DNA of 64,000 bases from an uncultured delta proteobacterium. GTDB lineage: Bacteria; Desulfobacterota; Binatia; UBA9968. Location of the stretch: positions 32,001 to 96,000 of the forward strand of contig CAVWLW010000034.1 of the NCBI GenBank assembly GCA_963755715.1. The letters run 5' to 3'. Position 1 is the stretch's first letter; every line of letters starts with the position of its first letter. This document shows, one piece after another, positions 11,501 through 21,866 of the stretch. The notes beneath the pieces were generated by a model. The model worked only from the letters and a program-made list of their open reading frames with translations, was not told the origin of the DNA and did no database searches. Position numbers and translations under genes: made by a program.

Positions 11501-12157
11501 TCAGGCCGGCATGCTCCGATTGAAGCTCTGAATCGCCTTGCCGAATAGCTCGCAACCTTTCTGCAACGCCTCCAGGCACTTCCGTTGGGTTGCGCCGTCA
11601 CTTGCGTAGCGCCTGAGTATTTCCGGCGCGATCCATTCGTGGCCCTCCTCATCGGCGAGCAGCGTGTCGCGATAAATCGCCGCGGTCTTCGAATCGATGG
11701 GCGCGACCCGCTCGATGAACGATTTCGAAGTCCTGGGGAAGAATTCTTCATGGCCAAACTGAACACTCGCGATCAATTCGCAGAGCGAGCCCAAAGAAGC
11801 GTGAAAATCCCACAGTTCTTTCAGCTCCTTCAACGGCTGATTCCAGAGCGCGTCGGGATCGCCGTTCAGCTCGGTAATCCTTTGACGCAATATCGATGCG
11901 TGCTTCAACTCGTTGACGACGTATTCCGACATCGGCTGTTGCAGATCGATATCAGGGATCTTGCCGACCCACGGAGCGGTGACTTCGGCGGCCTTGCGTT
12001 CCATCACGACGCCAAACTGCAGCCGGCGCAAAACCACTGCGGGGCTCAAAGGCTTTTCCGCGCCGTAGCTCTTGCGCTCGGCGTTCATCTGTTCCCAGAA
12101 AGCCTCGCGGGTTGCGATCAATTGCTTTAAAAACTCATCCGGCGTCAGAGTATCCAT
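11501..12157 (-). CDS. Ferritin-like diiron domain protein
   Basis: E (MERKAAE)...NELKH...E (GHEEF)...DEEGH: paired ExxH motifs. Confidence 0.7.
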   Translation of the reverse strand: MDTLTPDEFLKQLIATREAFWEQMNAERKSYGAEKPLSPAVVLRRLQFGVVMERKAAEVTAPWVGKIPDIDLQQPMSEYVVNELKHASILRQRITELNGDPDALWNQPLKELKELWDFHASLGSLCELIASVQFGHEEFFPRTSKSFIERVAPIDSKTAAIYRDTLLADEEGHEWIAPEILRRYASDGATQRKCLEALQKGCELFGKAIQSFNRSMPA

Positions 12158-12256
12158 GGTCCCTCCGCCACGGCGCGGCGATTGACACGTAAATTATTTT
12201 AGGTATTAACAATACAGTAAATCAACTCAGTGTAAAAGCTGCAAGACGATCCGGCC

Positions 12257-13030
12257 ATGAGTCAAGCCACGCAAATGAAATCTCCAACGGCATCAGCCGG
12301 CGCCAAGGCATTCGTCGATCATCTCTATCAGGATGTTTACGCTCACTGGGATGAGAGAATCAATCACGGCGCGTTCATGACCCGATTGCGCGAGGGCACG
12401 TTGCCGCTGCCGTGCTTGCGCCGTTTCTTTAAGGATTGGGGTCTTTTTTCCATTGAAGTCGTGGCGCTCAATGCCGTTTCGTACTACGTTCACCTGCCTT
12501 TTTTTGTCGAAAATTACGATTTATTACCGGCGTTTTCCGACAAGATCGCCGAAGAGCTGATCGCACCGAAACCGCCGGGTCATATCTTGATCTTGCTCGA
12601 AACCGCCAACGCTCTCGGCCTTTCCAAAGAGGAGTTGTTCGAGCAACCCGCTTCCGCTCCGGGACGCGCAATCAGCGATTATTGCCGGCGAGTTTTTCAA
12701 GATGGCTCGCTCATCGAGCTTTGGGGCGCCCATGTTTACGAGGAAACTCTTGGGCATTGGGCCGAGCAATGGGGCGAAGCGCTCGTTCGGCATTATGGCA
12801 TGAGCACGCAAAAAGCGATTTACTTCACCGCCCACGCCGAAGCCGATCTTGTGCAACACGAGGACCGCATGGGCCACGGTCCGCTCAACCGCATGATCCT
12901 GCAGCGCATCATCGAACAAGGCAAGACCGCGAAAAAACTCGGCTACGATCCCAAATATTGCGCCTACACGATGGTCGACCTGCATGCGCTCATGGAACAA
13001 CACGCACTCGAAAATCCTTACCCGTCTTAA
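12257..13030 (+). CDS. Heme-oxygenase-like diiron protein (PqqC/CADD/TenA superfamily)
   Basis: HGAFMTRLREGTL, EELIAPKPPGH, YEE, YFTAHAEAD..H..H ligand pattern. Confidence 0.75.
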   Translation: MSQATQMKSPTASAGAKAFVDHLYQDVYAHWDERINHGAFMTRLREGTLPLPCLRRFFKDWGLFSIEVVALNAVSYYVHLPFFVENYDLLPAFSDKIAEELIAPKPPGHILILLETANALGLSKEELFEQPASAPGRAISDYCRRVFQDGSLIELWGAHVYEETLGHWAEQWGEALVRHYGMSTQKAIYFTAHAEADLVQHEDRMGHGPLNRMILQRIIEQGKTAKKLGYDPKYCAYTMVDLHALMEQHALENPYPS

Positions 13031-13083
13031 GCGAGAGAAATTCGATATTCAACGAAATCTGCGACGCTCGCTGATCGCAAAGC

Positions 13084-14041
13084 GTGAATCGAGGCATGCC
13101 GTGGGCCGCCAAGCGCGATTGCAATCCTAAGCCTTTACGTTTTTTTTCTCTTCTCACAGCGCGAAGCGCGCGCGCAGCTGCCAGGGGTCTGGCAACAGCG
13201 CGCGCCCATGCCGTCGGCGCGCACCGAAGTTGCTGCCGTCCAGTTAGACGGAAAAATTTATGTCATGGGTGGTTACGAAAAAGGCGGCGACCTCGTCGAA
13301 GAGTACGACCCGAAAAAAGATTCTTGGCGCAGGCGCGCCGCGCTGCCGAAGGCGCTACACCACATCGGCGCCGCCGCCATAAACGGGAAAATTTACGTCA
13401 TCGGCGGTTACATCTCCGGTATCGGATCCGTCGATACCGTCTACGAATATGATTCGGCCGCCGATCGGTGGAGCGTAAAAACCGCGATGCCAACGGCGCG
13501 CGGCGCGCTAGCCGTTGGCGTGATCGCGGGAAAGATTTTTGCGATCGGCGGGGTCGGTGCCAATGGAAAGAATACCAATGTCAACGAGGAATATGATCCG
13601 GCACAAGATCGTTGGACCAAGCGAGCGCCGCTGCCGACGCCGCGCGACCACCATGCAATCGGCGTCGTAAACGGCAAGCTCTACGCCATCGGCGGGCGCA
13701 TCAACGGCCGGCACGATCGCAGCATTGCCGACAACGAGGAATACGATCCGGCAACCAATCGCTGGAGAGCTCTTGCGCCGCTGCCAACCGTGCGCAGCGG
13801 CATCTCCGCCGCTGCTCTTGACGGCAAGATTTTCGTTTTCGGGGGCGAAACGACTCGAGGAACACACAAGGAAGTCGAATCCTACGATCCGGCACAAAAC
13901 CGCTGGCAGCGTTGGGCGCCTATGCCGACGGCACGACACGGCCTCGGCGTCGCCGTGCTCGGCCAGTCGATCTACGTCATTGCCGGCGGCCCCAAACCCG
14001 GAGCGACGTTTTCATCGGTGAATGAAATGTTTACACCGTAA
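13084..14041 (+). CDS. Secreted Kelch-repeat beta-propeller protein (probable indel near 13100)
   Basis: Six GKIYVxGG...EEYDP...W repeats. The frame upstream of ATG 13208 stays open and encodes a signal-peptide-like AIAILSLYVFFLFSQREARA-Q. Confidence 0.85.
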
Positions 14042-14047
14042 GCGGCC

Positions 14048-15076
14048 TCAGCAAAAGAACTCCAAAATCCGTCTGGGCAGCCAATCAAGGTTGCCGGGAA
14101 AGCTCCCGGAAACGAATCCTGCGTGACCGCCGCTTTTGGGGAAATCTAGTGCGACCGCATCGGAAACTTCTGCTGGGCTGGGCAATACTGCGCTGGGTAA
14201 AAACGGATCGTTCTGCGCGTTGACCAGCAGCGTGGGGACGCGGATGTGCTTTAGCCAGGGTTTGCTGCTCGAGCGCGACCAGTAGTCAGCGGCGTCTTTG
14301 AAACCGTGCAGCGGCGCGGTGAAGAGATCGTCGAATTGACGAAACGTCAGACTGGCGCGAATCGCTCGCGCATCGATGGCTAAGTCGTGGGCCGCGATTT
14401 TTGCCAGCGCCATCGGTTTGAGCAAGTTGAGAAAATGGCTGGTGTAAACCATTCTATTGAAACCAGAGTCGAGCACTCGCGCCGCGGCCGCGAGGTCCAT
14501 CGGCGCCGATACCGCAACCGCGCGCTCAACGATCAATGACGCCGCCACCCCTTCCTCGCCGAGCCATTTCAAAAGCATATTACCGCCCAGCGATACTCCG
14601 ACCACATAAATCTTGGCGTGTCGATTAGCATCTTTCAACCGGCGCAGGATCCAATCGATCTCACGGGAATCGCCCGAATGGTACGAGCGCACAAGCCGAT
14701 TGGCCTCGCCGCTGCAGCCACGAAAGTGCGGCACCACGCCGCGCCAGCCGCTCCGAGTCGCCGCCTTCATTAGGCTGATCGCGTAATGACTTTGCGAGCA
14801 ACCTTCCAAGCCGTGAAACAGCACGATGAGTCTGGAGTCGTCCGCTTCTTGGCCGAGCCAGTCGAGATCGATGAAATCCTGATCAGGGGTCTCCCAGCGT
14901 TCGCGACGAAAAGCGACGCGGCAATTTTTCGCCAGCGAGCGCGCATAGATGGTTTGCAGGTGCCCGCCCGGCAGCCACCACGGAGCACGATAAGCCGAAG
15001 CGAATCCAGACCTGACGGGTCTTTCACGCGGGTTGGGCTTTTCGTCTTGAACGTTTTGAACGACTTGAACGCTCAT
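14048..15076 (-). CDS. YheT-like alpha/beta hydrolase
   Basis: WLPGGHLQT, FHGLEG, GVSLGGN nucleophile elbow, NDPF, GGHAGF. ATG overlaps the putA stop (ATGA). Confidence 0.88.
   Translation of the reverse strand: MSVQVVQNVQDEKPNPRERPVRSGFASAYRAPWWLPGGHLQTIYARSLAKNCRVAFRRERWETPDQDFIDLDWLGQEADDSRLIVLFHGLEGCSQSHYAISLMKAATRSGWRGVVPHFRGCSGEANRLVRSYHSGDSREIDWILRRLKDANRHAKIYVVGVSLGGNMLLKWLGEEGVAASLIVERAVAVSAPMDLAAAARVLDSGFNRMVYTSHFLNLLKPMALAKIAAHDLAIDARAIRASLTFRQFDDLFTAPLHGFKDAADYWSRSSSKPWLKHIRVPTLLVNAQNDPFLPSAVLPSPAEVSDAVALDFPKSGGHAGFVSGSFPGNLDWLPRRILEFFC
15047..15071. repeat. Nonamer-period tandem repeat (TTGAACGNN x3)
   Basis: ttgaacgtt-ttgaacgac-ttgaacg; the same unit occurs at 21563-21594. Confidence 0.6.
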
Positions 15077-18049
15077 TTTCCGGTTATCTTCAGTCGCTCC
15101 GGCGGCACGAACCCATGGCGCAGCGTGTTTTCGGAGACTGTGCGCGGTTCGAGAAACTGTAAAAGATAGTCCGGTCCGCCGGCCTTGGAGCCGATGCCGG
15201 AGAGCTTCAACCCACCGAAAGGCTGGCGCTCGACGATCGCGCCGGTGACCCCGCGGTTGATGTAAAGGTTGCCGACGCGAAATTCCTCGCGCGCTTTCTC
15301 GATGTGCGCCGGCGAGCGCGAAAAAATACCGCCGGTCAACGCGAACGCGGAGTCGTTGGCAATCTCCAGAGCATGATCGAAATCGCGCGCGCGAATCACC
15401 GACAACACCGGTCCGAAAATTTCTTCCTGCGCGATCCGACTCGACGGCTCGACGTCGCCAAAAATTACCGGCCCGACAAAAAATCCGTCTCGCGGCGCCG
15501 CCATTTCCAGGACGCACTCCGCCGACTTCTTGCCCAGGCGAATATACTCGGCAATCCGCTCTTTGGCTTCGCCATCGATCACCGGCCCAAGGACATTGCG
15601 CGGGTCTTCGGGCGCACCGATCTTGAGACTGCGCGCCGCACCGATAAGCCGCGCGAGCAGGCGATCGTAAATTTCGTCTAACAAAATCACCCGCGACGCC
15701 GCCGAACATTTTTGCCCCTGATAGCCGAACGCCGAATCGATGATATGAACCACCGCTTCGTCGAGATCGGCATCGGCGTCGATGATCAGCGCATTCTTGC
15801 CGCCCATTTCGCAAACCACGCGCTTGACGTGGTTTTGCCCGGGACGGTGCGTGTGGGCTTCGCGCAAAATTTCCAAACCAACCTCGCGTGAGCCGGTAAA
15901 CGCGATGAGATGAACCTGCGCTGATCGAACTAAGTGCGCGCCGATCTCGCCGCCGCCTTGAAGCAGTTGGCAGGCATCCTGGGGAAATCCGGCTTCGCGT
16001 AAAATAGCGAGCAGATGCTCGGCCAGGATCGGCGACTGCTCCGCTGGTTTCATCAGCGCGCAGTTGCCGGTCACCAGAGCCGCCGCGGTCATACCGGTAA
16101 GAATCGCCAGCGGAAAATTCCACGGCGCGATGATCGCCGCGACGCCGCGCGGCTGGTAAAAATAAATGTTGGTTTCACCCGGCAACTGTTGGGTCTGGCG
16201 CGGCGCGCTCAGGCGTAACATCTCGCGCGCGTAATACTCCAGATAATCGATCGCCTCGGTAACATCGCCGTCCGCTTCGCGCCATCCCTTGCCGACTTCA
16301 AAAACTTCCCACGCCGCGAGTTCCCAGCGTTTCTTGCGCATGATCGCGGCTGCCTTAGCAAGAAGCTTGGCCCGTTCCGTCGCCGGCGTGGCGCGCCACT
16401 TGGGGAAAAATCGCGCCGCGCTTTCGATCGCCGTTTCGGCTTGATCGATGCTGGCCGCGCGGACCTGCCCGACGACTTCCTTGGGATCGGCGGGGTTCAC
16501 CGACTCCAACCATGAGCCACTGCTGCGCTTGCGTACCCGGCTTTTTTTGAATTGCTCGCGAACTTCTTCGAGCGCTTTGGCAAAACCGCTGGCGATTTTG
16601 CCGCTGCGAAAAATCGATCGGCGGCTCGTTGCGAAACGGCTCGGATAGATCGGCGGGCGCCGCAGACAACTCCGGCGTACCATCGTAGCCCTTCAACGGC
16701 CGTGCCGGCGCCTTGATCAAAGCGCCGATGTCTTTTCGATCGGCATAGGTCTGGCGCAGAAACGAAGTATTGGAGGTGTTCTCCATCAGCCGGCGAATTA
16801 GATAGGAAATACCGGGCAGCAATTCGCCCACCGGCAGATAGACCCGCACTCTCTGGCCGTTTTGAATGATCGCCTGGCGCACCGGCTCGGCCATGCCGTA
16901 AAGCATTTGGATCTCGTAACCGTTGGGCGCAATCCCGAGTTCCTTCGCTACGACGATGGCGTGGGCCAAGCTGCGCAAGTTGTGGCTGCCGAAAGCGGCG
17001 TCGATGACGTCGTGATTTTCCAGCAGGAGCCGGCTGATCCGCTCATAGCTCGCATCGGTTTCCGCTTTGTCCAGGAAAACCGGTATCGGCCAACCCTTCT
17101 GTTTCGCCCAGGCGATCTCGCTGTCCCAGTAGGCGCCCTTGACCAGGCGCACGCCGATCCGCCGTTTTTGCCGATGCGCCCAGCGAATCAACTCGCGAAC
17201 GTCGCTCTCCGCTTCTCTGAGATACGCTTGCAGTGCAATCGCTGCCCGCGGCGCGGCGGAAAATTCTTCTTCCGCCAACACGCCGCGAAAAATTTCCAGG
17301 GTCAGATCTTTGAAAGCGTATTGTTCCATGTCGACGGTAATCGCCGCGCCGAGCTTGGCCGCTTCGCGAAACAGCAAGCGCAGCCGCTCGCGCACGATCG
17401 ACTCCGTGCTCGGATCCAACGGGTCGAAGCGCGCGCACAAGGAGGAAAGCTTGACGGATAAATTAACGCGCGGCAGCTTGCCGTTCGGCGCATCGTCGAT
17501 CTGCGCGCAGGCCGGCCAAGTCTCGCTCAACTTCGACAGCCGGCGTAATAGTTCGAGATAGCGCTGCTGCATCGCCGCCGCTTCCACCTCGCTCACGGTC
17601 GCCTCGCCGACGACGTCGAGAGTGAAGGCCGCGGGCTCTTTGCGCAGGCCGCTCAAAACCTTGTTCAAATGGTCGCCGCTTTCTTCGGCGATGAAGCGGC
17701 GCGCCAGCTTGATGACGTTGCGCCGCACGACCGGCGCCACCAGCGTTCCGGCATGGAGCGCCTGCGCGAGAAAAGCCAGACCGCCAAGGGCGTGATCGAC
17801 GCGTGCGAAGTATTCTTCCAGATGGCGGCCGATTTCCGTCGAAGACTCCAGGCTCGGCAGCACGTCGACAAAACGGAACAAGGCGACGCGCAGAGACTCG
17901 TCTTCGAGCGACCAGTCGATCATGCGGCCCAACAAATCCTTGGCTTCGAAGAGCGACGGCTTGTGCTCGGCCGCTTTTTGATAAAGCGCGCGCGCCAACC
18001 GTTGGACTTCCGGTTCAATTGTGTCGACGGAGAGAGTTTTGCTTGCCAT
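15073..18049 (-). CDS. putA: Bifunctional proline dehydrogenase / L-glutamate gamma-semialdehyde dehydrogenase (frameshift near 16590)
   Basis: LFRFVDVLP, VRLVKGAYWD, FGSHN, YLIRRLMENTSN, then PWNFP, FTGS, EMGGKN, GQKCSA and EEIFGP. Confidence 0.95.
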
Positions 18050-18193
18050 GATTTGTAAGAATTAAAAAATGCGGAGGAGGTAAGCTGTTTGTAATCCTCT
18101 ATCTCATCATAATACGATCGTCCGAGAGAAAAAAAGGTCATGCTATTTTTGGTAGTGGTTCATTTTCAATCTGCCATGAGTCTTGATATCGGA

Positions 18194-18262
18194 GAGATTC
18201 CTCGCTTCCGCTCGGAATGACAACCAATAAGCATTTGTCATCTCGAACGAAGTGAGAGATCT
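18194..18262. repeat. Inverted pair of REP-like palindromic units
   Basis: AGATTCCTCGCTTCCGCTCGGAATGACA ... TGTCATCTCGAACGAAGTGAGAGATCT, an imperfect inverted repeat in an intergenic region. Confidence 0.55.
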
Positions 18263-18336
18263 TTCGCAAACCGAACCACCACCTATTTTCTGCGGACAAT
18301 TTGAATCAGGCGGGAGAATTCTGGAGCAGTGATACT

Positions 18337-20040
18337 ATGGCAATTGCAAGCGAACGGGCGACCGACACTCTGACCGGCGCCGAAGCCGCCGTGGAGATGC
18401 TGAAAGCACACGGCGTCGAGATCCTTTTCGGTCTGTGCGGCGACACCAGCCTACCGTTTTATGACGCGCTGGCGCGCTTACCGCATGGCATGCGTCATAT
18501 CCTCGCGCGGGATGAGCGCTCGGCCGCTTACATGGCAGACGGCTACGCGCGTGTTTCCGGCAAGGTCGGCGTCTGCGAAGGGCCGAGCGGCGGCGGCGTT
18601 ACCTATATTTTGCCGGGACTCGCCGAAGCCAACGAATCATCCGTGCCGCTGCTGTGCATCAATAGCGATATATCGGTCAGCGCGCGCGGCCGTTACACTC
18701 TGACCGAGCTGGACCAAGGTGCGCTCATGCGTCCGGTGACGAAATGGAACATGGTGGTTAACCGTGCAGAAGACGTGCCGCTCGCGTTCCGCGCCGCTTT
18801 CAAACAAATCACCACAGGCCGGCCCGGCGCGGCGCACATCGCGCTCCCCTTCGACGTGCAAAACGGCACGGTCAAGCGAGCGGAAATTTGGGGCGAGCCA
18901 AGCTTTGGCCGCTACCCAGCCGAGCGGCTCGCGCCTGACGCCGCATGCATCGAGCGCGCAAGTTACCTGCTGCAAGATGCAGCGCATCCGGTTTTTATCT
19001 GCGGCGGCGGCGTAATGATGTCGGAGGCCGAGCCGGAGCTGCTCGAGCTCGCCGAGCGCTTGTCCGCGCCGGTCGCCACCACGATCAGCGGCAAAGGTTC
19101 GATCAACGAAGACCATCCGCTGGCCGTCGGCGTCGTCGGCTCCAACGGCGGCACGCCCGAGACGCGCGCGATCGTCGATCAAGCGGATCTGATTATGTTC
19201 ATCGGCTGCCGCGCCGGCTCGGTGACCACCGAACGCCGACGCCATCCCGCACCGGGACAAAGTAAAATCATTCACCTCGACGTCGACCCCGCAGTGCCGG
19301 GCGTCAATTATCCAGCGGATGCGGCGCTGATCGGCGACGCCAAGCTCGGCCTGAGAATGTTGAATCAAGCGCTCGCGAACACAAAACGGCCACTCGACGC
19401 TACTCAGATCGAAGCCGCGAAAGAACAAAAATTTGCAAAATTCCAAGCGCTCGCCGAGTCTGCCGACAGACCGATCAAACCGGAGCGTGTGGTGGCGGAG
19501 CTCAGACGCGTCCTCGATCCGGATGCGATCGTGGTCGTCGACGCCGGCACACCCTGCCCCTATTTTTCAGCTTACTATCAAGTGCACGGCACGGGCCGGC
19601 GGGTTTTCTCCAACCGCGCCCACGGCGCGCTTGGTTATTCGATGGCGGCAGCGATGGGCGCGCATTTCGCGCGGCCCGAAGTCAAATGCGTTTCGGTGAT
19701 GGGCGACGGCAGCTTCGGTTTTACCTGCGGCGAGCTCGAAACCGCGGCGCGTTATCATTTGCCGATTACTTTTATCGTGATCGCAAACGCGAGCTACGGT
19801 TGGATCAAAGCCGGACAAAAGTCGGGTTACGGGCAGCGCTACTTTGCCGTGGATTTCGCGGCCACCGATCATGCCGCGGTCGCCGCCGCTTTCGGCGTCA
19901 AGAGCTGGCGCGTCACCGAACCCAACGATCTCGGCAAAGTGTTAAAAGAAGCGCTCGGCGCGGCGGAACCAACCCTGGTAGATATCGTCTGCCAGCCGCT
20001 TCACGAAGCAAAAGCGCCGGTGTCGGAATGGATTGCGTGA
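18337..20040 (+). CDS. Thiamine pyrophosphate-binding protein (acetolactate synthase-like)
   Basis: RDERSAAYMADGYARVSGK, GRPGAAHI, MGDGSFG...N TPP-binding motif. Confidence 0.9.
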   Translation: MAIASERATDTLTGAEAAVEMLKAHGVEILFGLCGDTSLPFYDALARLPHGMRHILARDERSAAYMADGYARVSGKVGVCEGPSGGGVTYILPGLAEANESSVPLLCINSDISVSARGRYTLTELDQGALMRPVTKWNMVVNRAEDVPLAFRAAFKQITTGRPGAAHIALPFDVQNGTVKRAEIWGEPSFGRYPAERLAPDAACIERASYLLQDAAHPVFICGGGVMMSEAEPELLELAERLSAPVATTISGKGSINEDHPLAVGVVGSNGGTPETRAIVDQADLIMFIGCRAGSVTTERRRHPAPGQSKIIHLDVDPAVPGVNYPADAALIGDAKLGLRMLNQALANTKRPLDATQIEAAKEQKFAKFQALAESADRPIKPERVVAELRRVLDPDAIVVVDAGTPCPYFSAYYQVHGTGRRVFSNRAHGALGYSMAAAMGAHFARPEVKCVSVMGDGSFGFTCGELETAARYHLPITFIVIANASYGWIKAGQKSGYGQRYFAVDFAATDHAAVAAAFGVKSWRVTEPNDLGKVLKEALGAAEPTLVDIVCQPLHEAKAPVSEWIA

Positions 20041-20044
20041 AAGC

Positions 20045-20117
20045 AGGCAATAGGCATTAGGCAACAGTACGGCAGAATCATTCCCTCTTCTTTGCTATTG
20101 CCTGTTGCCTATTGCCT
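20045..20117. repeat. Heptamer tandem repeats arranged as an inverted pair
   Basis: AGGCAAT-AGGCATT-AGGCAAC ... CTATTGC-CTGTTGC-CTATTGC between convergent genes. Confidence 0.6.
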
Positions 20118-20123
20118 TCTTCT

Positions 20124-20585
20124 TCAATTTTCCAACCGCACCTTCGTCCCGAGATTGGCGCAGTCTTCGTCGGTCTTGAGGCCGGCGGCGCGGATGCCGT
20201 GGGCGGCGAGCTCCTCGTCACGCTCCTGCGTATCGCCGGTGACGCCCACGGCGCCAAGCAACTCGCCTTTCTCGCCGCGGATCAGCATGCCACCGCCTTC
20301 GGGAAAAATCTGATCATCCGAGGCGCGCATCAGGTACTGCATGAACAGCGGCCGCTCCTCCGTGCGCATGCGCACCAGCGACGACGATCGACCCAAGGCC
20401 AACGCCGCATACGCTTTACCGTACGCCATTTCGAAACGCATCATCGCCGAGTCGTCTTCTTTTTGAAACGCTTTGACCTTGGCGCCGGGCTCGACCACGA
20501 TGACGCTGAGCGGACGACATGCCAATTCGCGGCCGCGCGCGAAAATGGCCGTGATGATGCGATTCGCTTGTTCTAGTGTAATCAT
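20124..20585 (-). CDS. GlcG/HbpS family heme-binding protein
   Basis: MITLEQANRII, AYGKAYAA, GGMLIRGEKGELLGAVGVTG...DEELA. Confidence 0.88.
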   Translation of the reverse strand: MITLEQANRIITAIFARGRELACRPLSVIVVEPGAKVKAFQKEDDSAMMRFEMAYGKAYAALALGRSSSLVRMRTEERPLFMQYLMRASDDQIFPEGGGMLIRGEKGELLGAVGVTGDTQERDEELAAHGIRAAGLKTDEDCANLGTKVRLEN

Positions 20586-20687
20586 GCTCCTGCAGCCCCC
20601 AAAATACGCGATAAAGAAATCGCGGCTTCTGTTGTTAGCGCGGTGTCTGTAGCCGCGAGGTTTCAAACCCGCTAGGACTTCTCTTTA

Positions 20688-21542
20688 CTATCGGAACAAA
20701 ACCTTGGCCAACTCCGAGCGGTATTTGTCGGTCAACGGGTCGTCGGGGCCGAGCACTTCGAAGATCTGGATCATCGCTTTGCGCGCGCCGTCGTCTTGAA
20801 ATTCGCGATCTGCTTTCACGATAGTTAGAAATTCGTTGAGTGCCTCTTCATACTTCTCGGCCCCGGCGAGCGCCTGGGCGAGCTCGAAGCGAGCCGCGAT
20901 ATTGTTCGGCTCGACTTTGACTTTTTCGCGCAACGCCGCTTCATTCGCCGTCCCGCCGGCCTGAAGATTCAAACGGGCGATCAGCCGATCCGCTTCTTTG
21001 CGCTCGTCGGCGACCATAGGTACTTTATCGAGATGCTCCAGCGCGGTGGCGCTATCGCCTTCGTTCATGGCCAACCGCCCCAGCCCAAGCAGCGCCTTGG
21101 CATGGTTCGGATCGGATTCGAGAATTGTTTGGTAGAGTGCTTTCGCCTCGGCGGTTTTACCCTCTTCTTCGAGAGCTTGAGCCTCGAGCGCCTGCTTATC
21201 TGCCGCTGTCGGCAGAAACTTTGACAGGAACTCACGCAGCATCGGCTCCGGCAGCGCGCCGGTAAACTCCGACGCGAGATCGCCGTCTTTAAACAGCTTC
21301 ACCGCCGGGATGCCTTGGATGCCGAAGGCGCCCGCTAACCCCTGGTTTTCATCGACGTTGACTTTGGCCAGGATGAATTCACCGGCATACTCGTCGGCAA
21401 GTTTTTCGAGCACGGGACCCAGGACTTTGCACGGACCGCACCATTCCGCCCAGAAGTCCACCATGACGGGAACTTCCGTCGAGCGCTCTAAGACTTCCGC
21501 CTCAAAATTTTCTTCGTTAACGTCGATCGTCCACTGATTCAT
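20688..21542 (-). CDS. cnoX: Thioredoxin-TPR chaperedoxin (CnoX/YbbN family)
   Basis: WAEWCGPC thioredoxin domain, TPR repeats and C-terminal DDGARKAMIQIFEVLG...YRSELAKVLF. Confidence 0.88.
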   Translation of the reverse strand: MNQWTIDVNEENFEAEVLERSTEVPVMVDFWAEWCGPCKVLGPVLEKLADEYAGEFILAKVNVDENQGLAGAFGIQGIPAVKLFKDGDLASEFTGALPEPMLREFLSKFLPTAADKQALEAQALEEEGKTAEAKALYQTILESDPNHAKALLGLGRLAMNEGDSATALEHLDKVPMVADERKEADRLIARLNLQAGGTANEAALREKVKVEPNNIAARFELAQALAGAEKYEEALNEFLTIVKADREFQDDGARKAMIQIFEVLGPDDPLTDKYRSELAKVLFR

Positions 21543-21562
21543 ATCGGCTCTACTCTCTTACC

Positions 21563-21594
21563 TTGAACGTTTTGAAGGCTTGAACGATTTGAAC
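21563..21594. repeat. Nonamer-period tandem repeat (about 4 TTGAAC units)
   Basis: ttgaacgtt-ttgaaggc-ttgaacgat-ttgaac, intergenic. Confidence 0.55.
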
Positions 21595-21598
21595 AAAA

Positions 21599-21844
21599 TC
21601 ACTTGGCGATGATCGCCTTGGCGAAGTTGCGCACGTTGGCAGCCACCGGACGCATGGCGTAAACCACCGTCTCCCAAATCTCGTCCTCGCTGGCGCCGAG
21701 CTCGCGCGCCCGACCGAGATGGAGCTTGGCGCCGTGCTCATGGCCGATCGCCAAATTCACTGCGAACAAGATCAGTTGCGCCGCTTTCGGATCGAGCGAT
21801 CCTTCTTTATATTTTACATTGAAAAATTCAGCGTCCGTCGCCAT
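21599..21844 (-). CDS. Carboxymuconolactone decarboxylase/AhpD-like small protein with no Cys
   Basis: GSLDPKAAQLILFAV...KLHLGRARELGASEDEIWE; GGAGGTG SD. Confidence 0.8.
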   Translation of the reverse strand: MATDAEFFNVKYKEGSLDPKAAQLILFAVNLAIGHEHGAKLHLGRARELGASEDEIWETVVYAMRPVAANVRNFAKAIIAK

Positions 21845-21866
21845 TTTATCACCTCCGTGTCGCGAA

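Noticed and set aside
13208-14041. Periodic repeats resembling a CRISPR array
   Set aside because: These are degenerate protein-coding Kelch repeats; no identical direct repeats with unique spacers and no cas genes in the window.
15077-16123. Apparent 691-aa fusion ORF (also the long 5' extensions of 39680..41641 and 50460..52289)
   Set aside because: The extensions are alternative frames overlapping putA, lipB and folE; real starts are internal.
16560-16620. Programmed frameshift or split gene between the PutA domains
   Set aside because: No slippery heptamer with a stimulator seen, and similar indels occur across the window, so sequencing error is more likely.
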